Source: Lingula anatina (lineage: Eukaryota > Animalia > Brachiopoda). Taken from it: a stretch of DNA of 64,000 bases. The DNA is taken from assembly GCA_051362555.1 (NCBI GenBank), contig CM120645.1, positions 14,508,001-14,572,000 on the forward strand. The letters run 5' to 3'. The stretch's first letter is position 1, and the number at the start of each line of letters is the position of its first letter. Both the position numbers and the translations under genes were made by a program. The notes below the pieces were generated by a model that made no database searches, was not told where the DNA came from, and saw nothing but the letters and a program-made list of their open reading frames with translations. Positions 12,665 to 23,085 of this stretch are shown piece after piece.

Positions 12665-13969
12665 TCAGGAAAATTTGAATCCTTTGCTTGTCAGATCTTT
12701 TTTGGCTTCTTCAATTTGCTGAAATATAATTACATGAATATTCAAAGTATTCACAATTTAAATGCAACCTTAAATGGATATTAAGTTATTTGGACTGACC
12801 AATCTTACTTCAGCATTAATATAACTTTTTTTCAGAATTTCACTGAAATTACTCATCAACTTCAATTACAATATCCAAGCGAAAGTATTAATTCAATAAA
12901 ATTATTTTTGGTGAGGGTGGAATTGGCTCTGGCGTATATTTTACAGGCAATCATAAAATAAGAATAAATAGAACTCAAAATCTTTCCAACCTCCCAGTTG
13001 CCAATGTGTAAAATAGACTCACTTGTTTCAGTTCTTCAGCAGCCTCTTCACAGTCATTGAATGTGACCACTCTGTAGCCTACTGTAGCCAGAGCCCAACA
13101 CTTGAATCATAATAATAATAATAATATGAAGTAAATAATAATAACTGGTCAATTAATTAGGCTTTCTCTGTTTTTAACAAAAAAATTTGAGCACTAAACA
13201 AAGACCTAAAATACATTTAGATTTTAGTAGCATGTCATAAAGAATTGAGAACAAAATTTAAAAGTCCACTGAATGCAATCTTCTATTATACTTTTTTCTG
13301 AGTTATATCAGTTTAATCTAATCTCAACTAAATATTTGTGAAAAGACCCTTACAAATGAATCATACTAACCTCTGAACTTGTTTGGAATCTAGATATTGT
13401 TACAATTGCACAATTTAATGTCAGTATTGAGATAATCACTTGTTTTTTTTTAAATTCATTTCAAGAGATACATCTTCAATTAAAATCCAAAGACAATCAA
13501 TATTATCAAATAGGAGTACTCACTCCAAAACATATCACAGCATAAATTGGTGCCTGCAAAAAAGTCAAAATAATCACATATTTATTAACCAGTCAGCTAA
13601 AAGAATTACTTAACATCAGTATAGCTGTCTATTGTAGCTAGGCTAGTTTGACAAAATAATATGACCTAGGGATTTATCTCAAAAGACTTCTTTGAAATTC
13701 TAATGTTTATTTATTCATTTTTTTTTTTTTTTTTGTGGTAGAATGAAGCTTAAATCATTCAAATATAAGTGCACTCTCGAGTTTCTTTTGTTATACATGT
13801 ATTACTTATAAACGGATCTCAAACAACACCAATTTGAAAGTTGTCTCACCATCCAGACGACATTTTTCCAGGCCTGTGACATATTGACGGGGACGCTTTC
13901 CGTGACGACTGCCGTCCATACACCTGCCAAAAGGCTGAGCACAAACAACCACTGCATTAATTTTGTCAT
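12665..13969 (-). CDS. DPM3: Dolichol-phosphate mannosyltransferase subunit 3 (93 aa)
   Basis: Exons 13969-13850, 13553-13524, 13100-13023, 12718-12665, all phase-0 GT-AG. Protein: [96 protein letters not shown]3 signatures are MTKL.QWL and GYRV.TF.DC.EAA.EL..QI.EA..DL..KG. An acceptor at 13998 implies an upstream non-coding exon. Confidence 0.96.
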
Positions 13970-16071
13970 TGTGCTGCCTCTTTCTTTCCCTTTGTTACCT
14001 GAATAAAGAGAAGGTGACACTTTTGACACAAATGAAAAATGAATACACAAATAATTATATTAAAAAATTTAAAAAAAAAATAAAAAACTAGCAATTTAAA
14101 GTTTCTTGTTGAAAAGCAATCAGTTAGAAAATCCTATTTATATATAAATGCAGAATGGTTTTTCTCAGTACCAAAAACAGAAAAAAAAATTATGCAGCTG
14201 TTGTAAAAATTATTGACAGTTCAGTCACTTAAAATACTACTAGTAAATGTTTACACAAGTAAGCATCAGCTTGCAGTGCAATAGGGGCATGAGAGAAGAA
14301 CACAGCTTTGGTTCGGGTCACCGAGATTTTGCAGTTTCTGTAACAAAATGTGTTGATTTGCGAGTGGTATTGTGAAATGGCTTGCAAACGTGTTGTTATA
14401 TTTTACTAAATATGGCGCGAGTGCAGCAAAACAGTCTTGGAATCATTTACACACCATCGTTCAATTTTTTTTTAACAATCAACTTGAAGTAGATACACGT
14501 CACTCAGAAATTAACTGGTTTTCTCTAGATTTACCTGGATTAGGAATTCAGCACCCACATCCCATGCTTCAACAGAGCATGTTTCACAATCAAAGTTAAA
14601 GAATTCTTCTAGAATACATTTTCCTTTCATTTTTTTTTTTTTTTTTTTGGAGGGGGGGGGGAGATAATTTATATTCCTTTCTTTGTCATTAGTTACTTGT
14701 AATAACCTTTTACAATTCCAAACACACTTCCATGTCATTTTATTTTTCACATTCATCTTTGATGAGCACTTTTTTCTTATGAAAAGAAATTAATTTTTAT
14801 GCTTTTAATACATGTAGTATTATGTACTAATAAAGAACAATTGAAATTTCATGAATAAAAAGATAAAGTTTGATATTCCACACATTTTTTGGAAGAAAGT
14901 TTGGATGCTAGGTATTCTGAATGGACAATTCAAACAAAGCCGCCCGAGTTTTAGACAGTAAGAGCTGTTCTCATCAAGCATTTCACTATTATTCACTACT
15001 CTGCATTTAATATCATAGTTCACAACATAAAATTTAGACATCAAAATAAAAATTTTTACATGGAGTTTTTATTTTCACATAAAACATACAATGACTTGTA
15101 TCACTCATTATTCAAATGTTATACCAATATAAATCAGGTTACATTTCTGCCAGTATAATGCTTTAAATATTCAAGATTCATTACCTTGTTGCTGGATTAT
15201 ACTTGGAGTTAAAAAGACTATTTTATACTTGAAGGTTAACAAGAATAGCATATTTGGTTAAATAGAATTTTTTAAACTTGCAAAAGTTATCATTACAACA
15301 GATAATATCTCTAACAAAAGTATTAAGTTAAATGACAATCACAATCTTATAATAATTAGCAGCACTACAAACTGACATATCATTAATAATCTTGACCTTA
15401 TTGACCTTTATTTTCTATTTAATTTCAAACATTTTTTTAAATTGTGATCACTGATGAGCCATCTTTCAAAATATCTAGCTATGGCAATTCTTTCATAAAT
15501 AGTCTCTGAAATCGAATAAAAACTGGATTTCAATATTCCACAGAAATGTCTTCAACCTCAACCACAATGTCCAAGTATCAATAAGTGATACAGCTTTTGT
15601 TCATATAATATTCATGTCCCTTTTCAGTAAACCAAATGCATACTAATTATAAAATATTTCTGAGGTATACATCACTTTGTAGACTTAGACTAGTACAGCT
15701 TATATACACCCTCTGTTATATTCTTGAACAGCACACATTTACATGTTTACTGTAGTAATGTGTTCATAAATATCTAAGTACAAATCTGAATCGAGTCTTT
15801 CCATCTTGAAACCAGAATCATTTGCCTTCCAAATTTTGATAGTAATTTATCTTATTCAACAGAATTCCTAGCACAGACTAAGAAATGACCAAAAACGTCA
15901 TATATCACAAAAAATAAAAATAAATAATATATAAAATAAAGCAACTATATTTAGACTATAAATTTAGCATCTTAAGCCAAGCATAACCAAGTTAACAACA
16001 TATTTGTATTATGTCACTACAAATTTTTTTCTTATTAAAAAACATTTTTCAAACTTCTGATCCAAGTCAAT

Positions 16072-17331
16072 TCAGTTCTCCCTGGGTTTAATAACCTCCA
16101 GCACTTTCCTCACATCACCCTGGTGCTCCACCAGAAGTCTGCTCAGCCAACCATTATCATTGCGATAACCTCTCAATTCCAGATTCCGCAAACCTTCGCT
16201 GATTTTAGCCTCGTGACCTTCAGAGAACTCCTTGTCCTTTTGCTCTTTTGTAGCCCCCTCCAAAGTGCTAGTGTCAATGTCCATGGCATGATAATCACTG
16301 CTGGCCTCTTTTTCTTTTTGGTTTTCTTCAGCTTGGGGAAACTCAGCAGTGGTGCATCTTGGACAGTGGTCGAAGTCTTGATGAAGCTGGTGCATATAAT
16401 GACACCATCCCCTGTGTCCATGATGGCCAAGGTGTCCATGGCCAAAACCATGACCATGATGTCCAAATCGTCCTGGCTCTCCAAATGACCAGTCCACCTC
16501 ACTTCCATCTTCACCAGCACCCTGTGTGGCACTGCCTGTTGGTCCATTCTCAAAGGAACATAGATGGACGTCTGGCATTTCCCTGTTGTTTTCACCTACT
16601 TTATCTGCTGTGCTACATTGCGCTGTTTTTTCTTCTTCATTTTTGGCCTGTGGTTTCATATAGGGGTGCATTCTTCCCCAGCCATGGCACATCCCTCGCA
16701 TCATGTGGGGTGGGGGTGGAAAGGAAGGGTGACCATCTGTGCCCTCCTCCATGAAGAAAGAAGGTGGAAAGGGTGGTTGTGCCCCTTCAAAACCTGGATG
16801 AAAGGGTGTTGGCTGCATGGGTCCCCAGGGTCCCATCCCCCTACCTCTACAGCCGTGCCGCCCCCTACCACCCCAGTGCCTACCATAATGACCCCAGGGG
16901 TGGCGCTTCCTCTTCTCTGAGTCTGGGGTGCCAAAACTGTCATCCCAGCCTGCTCTGGCACCATCTCTGAAAGCTTTTAACACTGGGCTGTTGGAGTCAG
17001 TCATAGCCTGTTGGGGATCTGGTTTTTCATCTCGTTTCACATATATGTTGAAGGTGCCATCTTTGGACTGTGCTTGAGAGAGGGCCTCTTTCATTTCTTC
17101 CTCGGAGGAAAATGCTATTTTCTCTCCCTCCTCTGGATCTTTCCAATACAGCTTAAACTTCTGAGAGTTGTGCAGTGCTGGGAATACCTCAGAGACCTTC
17201 TGCTTCAGGCCGGAAAATAAGGTGCTCTCTGATGACTGCTGTTCAACGGTAAATCTGCGGATCTCAGATTCTGTGTTTGAGTCCTTCTCTTCTAAGTTGG
17301 CTTTCACTCGTAATGCTGCAGCAGCAAACAT
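16072..17331 (-). CDS. SQSTM1: Sequestosome-1/p62-like protein, single coding exon, 419 aa (PB1 + low-complexity middle + UBA; ZZ finger absent)
   Basis: N-terminal PB1 (LRVKANL...EIRRF...LYWKDPEEGEKIAFSSEEEM..AL...FNIYVK) and C-terminal p62-type UBA (KISEGLRNLELRGYRNDNGWLSRLLVEHQGDVRKVLEVIK). Family assignment is clear; it is probably a divergent paralog, not the canonical ortholog. Confidence 0.85.
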   Translation of the reverse strand: MFAAAALRVKANLEEKDSNTESEIRRFTVEQQSSESTLFSGLKQKVSEVFPALHNSQKFKLYWKDPEEGEKIAFSSEEEMKEALSQAQSKDGTFNIYVKRDEKPDPQQAMTDSNSPVLKAFRDGARAGWDDSFGTPDSEKRKRHPWGHYGRHWGGRGRHGCRGRGMGPWGPMQPTPFHPGFEGAQPPFPPSFFMEEGTDGHPSFPPPPHMMRGMCHGWGRMHPYMKPQAKNEEEKTAQCSTADKVGENNREMPDVHLCSFENGPTGSATQGAGEDGSEVDWSFGEPGRFGHHGHGFGHGHLGHHGHRGWCHYMHQLHQDFDHCPRCTTAEFPQAEENQKEKEASSDYHAMDIDTSTLEGATKEQKDKEFSEGHEAKISEGLRNLELRGYRNDNGWLSRLLVEHQGDVRKVLEVIKPREN

Positions 17332-17483
17332 CTTGGTTTTTCTATCCTTTTTAAGCTGTGTAGATTTTCAGTTGCGTGTCTGTATCTTCTTCAATTTCTT
17401 TTATTTCTTCAGGCTGTTATGTCTGCTTACGCCGTTTCTACCTTTCTTCTTTAAACAAGTGAGGTAAAGGAATTCTGCTCGGG

Positions 17484-17686
17484 CTTTTATATTTAACGTC
17501 TGATGTAACGTTGCATCGACGTTGCCTGGATTATTTTTGCAAGTCATCTGCTTACCTGATGCAATACGTGACTGCTATGAAACGTCGACCAGACGTCTTT
17601 GGACTTTAATCATTTTTTTAACTTGGCTGATCCATTTGTTTATTTGCTATGACTCACTTGCCGAATTTACAGCTTTGGGATTTACC
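17484..17686 (-). promoter_or_regulatory. Putative promoter of the p62-like gene: TATA box plus ATF4/CARE, AP-1 and NF-kB-like sites
   Basis: TATAAAAG on the - strand at 17484-17491. On the + strand: TGATGTAAC (17501), TGATGCAAT (17557, canonical C/EBP-ATF/AARE core), TGACTCA (17650), GGGATTTACC (17677). Locally CpG-rich. Confidence 0.6.
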
Positions 17687-18208
17687 CATGTAACTGCACT
17701 AAGTGTGTACTATAACCGGGACCACTATTACTTACTTTAACAGTATTCAAATGTATTTTATCTGTCGGACAGTATCAGTTGTCCAACTTGTCCTGTAAAA
17801 GTAAAAATCAAACGTACCTGTATTAATAAACCGACTTCACATGGCGTAAAGACAGAAACAGGACCTAACGTAAACGGGTCAAACTGTCGTTATAAAGCAT
17901 GCACATTTTCATGTTTATAAATATAATACAACATATGCAAAAGGAAAGAAAATTTTACTTTATTTAAATCATTTGTACTACTGATTTGCATAAATGATGT
18001 ATATTTGATATTTGCCGGTCCGTTTACGACACAGTATTGTGGCAACAACCCCGCAGCTTGGAAAAACCTCAAAATCTGTTGGCCAAAAACTGCCCCGTTG
18101 ACAAGTGAGTGCCCGTATGACAGGTAGATGGATTGAACGACGAACAGTCTCTCTTGTTTGAATAATCGACGATTGATTTTACAGCGACACCTATGGTTTT
18201 TGTCTGCT

Positions 18209-21200
18209 ATGCCATTCAGTAAAGGAAAAGGGAAGAAAATGGAGTCATTCTGGGCGAAATCAGTGAAAATCGCTCTTGTCGTTTCTGCTTATTGGTAAGT
18301 ACAGTTTCATCACCCGCTTTGGGTCAGTCTCGTTTAGGGTGGTTTATTATACCTTTCATCCATGAGTTTGTCATGCTGTGTTTGTTGACTACCGGGGATT
18401 AGTTAAGCTTGTTGACATGCAGAGATTCATTATAATGTGAACAGTCCTAGGCTAATTGAATAACGTCAGTGGCAGTGTTCCTAAATCCCAAAGGCCAGTT
18501 TATTTGTGTGTTGAATTTAAAATTGAATATTTGTTGTTGTTTTTACTTTTCCTTTTTTTTTAAATATTTTTTACACATTTCTTTGATCTTTGTTGTTTTT
18601 TTACTGACATTTTTAAATGAGTTCTCACTCTTTCAAGTCCCCAATCCTGATTTTAACAACATACTTCAAGAAATATAATATTGATAATTTTCCATTAAAT
18701 TCTTACAATTTTTATCTTTATTACCAAGGTATAACCTATTCAAAAACTGTTTTAAAAATTACAAACTGTCAACCCTTTAAACAAATTCAAGGATCTAAAC
18801 TCTGCTTTTAACAGCCATGAATGGCATGAACAACAGTGAGTGACATATTCACTGAAAATTCTTCATAAAGTCTAGAAACTTGGGAACTCAAAACAGGCTT
18901 TTGGAGCATAAATTTATAAACAGTTTTTAGTGTGGTATACTTCCCTTAGTGATTAAGGAAAAGTTCTAAAATTTCCAGAAAATGAATCAAGGCCTAACAT
19001 TCATCATACCCAAGATGGATTTATTTTATTATTGAGTTCAGCAGTATATTTTATGGTATATTCCTGTATTACTTCAGGCATATATTTTATACAGATACAT
19101 ACACAGCAGCATACCAATTAGCTGAAATGCATTTGTACATTTTTTAACAGAGCATGTATCTTAGACTGCATTCCCACAGATTTTAGATCAATCTATCCCT
19201 GTGGGGAGTCTCACTAGATTACTGTCAGCTTAACAGGCTTAAATGTCTGTCTGGCCTACTAAAAGCTGTAAGGGGGTAATTAACTTCCGTGTGCGCTCGG
19301 CTGACAGCGATTTAGCATGAACCCCCAGGGAGTTAAGTCGATCTAGATGGATCGATCTGAATCTGTGGGAATGCAGTCTTAGCCATATATCATCACCTTA
19401 AATGTCATTAGATCAGTTCAAGTTGCTTGAAACTCGGATGATTTGTATTTTGCTCCAGGTCATAATAGACTAAGCATATTGCCTGATAAGAAATATGCAG
19501 AAGCCGGGAAAATAATTGGATGTGATATCTATACAGCATAATTTTCAAAACTCATAATGCATATAATTTTCATTCTTATTAAAGGGGTGTGTCTACATAT
19601 CTGACAAGTACTAATAGTGGAGTGTATTGCTGGCAGTAGGTTGTGATCATAGAGTGTGCAGTTTATTATGTTTCTTGATTATAGTGCTGGGCAATATATT
19701 TCCTCTTTCACAATCTTTAACGACTCAATGACATGTGCTTAAAACTCTGCCCTCTCCCCCCCCCACACACACACCTGCACGTACACACATGCATACACAC
19801 ATGCATATACACATGCACATACACATATGCACATACATGCATGCACACATGAACATATCAGAACTTTCTTCAAGACACGTATAATTCCCAACCTAATTCT
19901 AAATCATACCCATATTTCTCAGTGTTGTCTACATACATTTCAGGTTTGTCTCCATATCACTGGTGTTTTTGAACAAACATCTTCTAAACAGTAAAGAACT
20001 GAAGGTGAGAAAGTTCTTTTTTTTTCTTATTTTTTCTTTTTTTATTGATGAGTGGCAAAAATAATCAAACGTGAAAAGTTTTTACCAATTTGAAGGTTAC
20101 TCAGTAAGGAGAGAAAAAAGGAAACAAAAATAGTTCAGTATTACTTTTAATATCAATTTTTCACCTTTAAAGTACAATGAAAATTATATTTGAAAAAACA
20201 ACAACTAATTGTAATACTTGTACAAGATGTAATACTAGTGGTTTTATATATATATTTTTTAATATTAGTTTTACCAGCCTACTAGTAGATAAAACAATGT
20301 TTTTCCCTATGTTCTTTCCAGCTTGATGCCCCACTGTTTGTGACATGGTACCAGTGTGTTGTGACAGTACTGTGCTGTGGTCTATTAAGTCTTATGACCG
20401 CCGTATTACCATCTTATGTTTCCTTTCCACCATTTAAAATTGACCTCAAAGTTGCTAGAGAGGTAAGTTAATAATCTAGAGTTGATTTAAAAGGTGTGTA
20501 AATTTCAGAAAAGGGGAGGAAGAATTAAGATGGGAGAATGATTCTAAACTTGAAAGGTTGTTGAAAATAATTACTTGAAACCGGCTTCTGAATAAAGGAA
20601 ATGTGTTGATCAGAGGTTTGTTATTATTTATGTTTCATATTTGTTATATATTTTCATTCACATAAAGTTTCTCCACAGTTATAGTAAAATAGCATTAATA
20701 GAAAATGGACAAGAAAGGGGGGGGGTTGAAGGGGGTAAGACCAGTTCATAAGGTGTTGCCATGGTATAATTAAATCAGCTACAAAAGAAAAACAAAGTGT
20801 TATTAACAGTAAAAAAAATAAAATTTACAATAAAATTCAATGAGAAAGACATAATATTTGTTTATATGCTTATAACTGAAGTTTGTTATCAAGTATACTC
20901 TTTGTTTTAGGTTCTACCTTTATCTGTTGTCTTCATATGTATGATCTCATTCAACAATCTGTGTTTGAGGAATGTCGGAGTGGCATTCTACTTTGTTGGA
21001 AGGTCCCTAACAACAGTTTTCAATGTGGTAAGCAAAAGTTAAAATATGTAAGATAATTTTAAAGACATTTCATTAAAACATTTCTTATGTCATTGAATTT
21101 CGGTAAAAAATTCAGTCTTAGCCATTCGATTTGCTTTAAAATTTCACCATGTGTTTCAATATAAACCAATCGTGCCATTTTATTTTGTCATATAATTCAA

Positions 21201-23085
21201 TACATATTTAATACAGACCATTACGTATGTCACAGAATTCCAATTTATACATCTTATAGTCTTCACCATTCTAGATTTTAACCTATGAGGTCATACAGAC
21301 CATTACATATGTCAGAGAATCCCAATACACATATTACAATCTTTCACATTCCAGATATTAACCTATGTGGTTCTGGGCCAGAGTACGTCCTGGAGAGCTA
21401 TAACATGCTGTGCTGTGATCATTGGCGGATTCTGTTTAGGTGTCAACCAGGAGGGGGCGTCAGGTAAGTGTCATGGCGACTGTCGCTGGTTTTATAGTCT
21501 CTTCATCTTTTTTCCATCCACAGTGATTGGCAAACCTGTAGGTCTCTCTAGGTCAGTTCTTTTTCTTTAAAAAAGCACCTAGGTTTAAAGATGTTTGGGT
21601 GTAGTTTAAACTGATACCTGACTGCATGTAAGAAGTGGACTCGGCATTCAGTAATATTGGAAGGAACTTGTTTGCCCACATTAAATGTAGTTGACACAGT
21701 TGTATTGGCTAATAATGAGACTAAAAATCATGTCAAGACGATCATAATTTGGATGAAGTAAAAAGGCTGAAAAATAGGATAAAGTGGTCCGAAATGCATC
21801 TTATTTGGCACAGACTAAATAACACCAAAGTTGTTTTTCATTATGAATCAGGCCCCAATTTTAAAACTCTTTGACCCCATTCCCAGAGATAAGATCGATC
21901 CAACTAGATCGACTTAACTCCCTGGGGGTTCACGCTAAATAGCTGTCAGCCGAGCGGGCACGAAAGTTAATTACCCCCTTACAGCTTGTAGTAGGCGGGA
22001 CGGACATTTAAGCCGGATTATCTGACAGTAATCTAGTGAGACTCCCCACGGGGATAGATCGATCTAAAATCTATGGGAATGCGCCCTTTGTCAATTATAG
22101 TTCATGATCAATGTGTGGAGTTAACTCGTTAAGTGTCATATGTAAATTCTGTGTCTGCCTTTAATGCTACCAACCTTGTGCTTTTCATAAGTGCTAAAAT
22201 GAACTATTTATGGGTTGCCTGCATACATAAGGCAGAATTTTCACCCACAAATGCACTCAGGCTTGCAGTTATATACATGTAAAGGATGAATATTTAATAA
22301 GTGCAGCTTCAGTATTTATATCTTCACATATGAAGTCATCTCTAGACTATAAAATTAGTTTTATTTGCCAGTGTATTACATTGGTATGTACTTAAATTGA
22401 TTAAAGAAATAGAATTTTCTCTAATTGATATAAATCAATTCCATAAAAAATAAGAACTTTAGTTGATGTCAATTCCAAATAAACTATAACTTCAGTTTTT
22501 TACGAAATCTACTCCCAGCCCTTTTCTTCATTCCCAGGGTCTCTGTCGGTCAGTGGAGTTATGTTTGGAGTCCTGGCCAGTTTGTTTGTAGCCCTGAATG
22601 CCATCTACACCAAGAAAGTCCTCCCAGCAGTGGACAACAACGTGTGGCGGTTAGCCCTCTACAATAACTTCAATGCCTCATTCCTCTTCATACCACTGAT
22701 GCTCATGTTTGGGGAACTCCCAGAAGTCTACTACTTTCCGAAACTTTTCGATCTGCAGTTTTGGTTCTTCATGAACATAAGTGGAGTGTTCGGGTTTGCC
22801 ATTGGCTATGTTACTGGACTGCAGATTCAGGTGACGTCGCCACTGACCCATAATATCTCTGGCACAGCCAAGGCATGTGCCCAGACGGTCCTAGGCTGCA
22901 TTTATTTCCAGGAGACAAAGCTGTTCCTGTGGTGGCTGAGTAACTTTGTCGTGCTCGGTGGCTCGTTCGCGTACACGCTTGTGCGTCGGGCAGAGATGAA
23001 GGAATCTCACAGGGCGGAGCAGAAGGCGGAAAGTTTAGCATCGGTGGATGTGGAGAACTCTGGGAAGGGTGATATAAAGTCGTAG
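18209..23085 (+). CDS. SLC35C1: GDP-fucose transporter 1
   Basis: Exons 18209-18294, 19944-20004, 20322-20462, 20911-21027, 21355-21463, 22538-23085. Motifs: [133 protein letters not shown]. Confidence 0.97.
19164..19378 (-). mobile_element. MITE copy 2 (PIF/Harbinger-like), best-preserved TIRs
   Basis: TTA|GACTGCATTCCCACAGATT ... AATCTGTGGGAATGCAGTC|TTA: perfect 19-bp TIR and a 3-bp TTA TSD. The interior is the reverse complement of copies 1 and 3. Confidence 0.88.
19763..19850. repeat. CA/CATACA-type imperfect microsatellite
   Basis: cacacacac...catgcatacacac... purine-pyrimidine alternation. Confidence 0.8.
21211..21370 (+). repeat. ~80-bp tandem duplication spanning the SLC35C1 exon 5 acceptor
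   Basis: ATACAGACCATTAC...CATTCTAGATTTTAACCTATGAGG followed by ATACAGACCATTAC...CATTCCAGATATTAACCTATGTGG. Confidence 0.85.
21873..22086 (+). mobile_element. MITE copy 3 (PIF/Harbinger-like)
   Basis: GACCCCATTCCCAGAGAT ... ATCTATGGGAATGCGCCC, flanked by TTT/TTT. Interior closely matches copies 1 and 2. Confidence 0.85.

Noticed and set aside
14280-14460. Possible tRNA-derived SINE or ncRNA (GGTTCGGGTC box-B-like)
   Set aside because: No cloverleaf or A box was found. The CpG-containing patch is better explained as the DPM3 promoter and non-coding first exon (donor-like site at ~14320).
16123-17467. Several antisense and alternate-frame ORFs over the p62-like gene
   Set aside because: They are shadows of a GC-richer CDS with no recognisable motifs.
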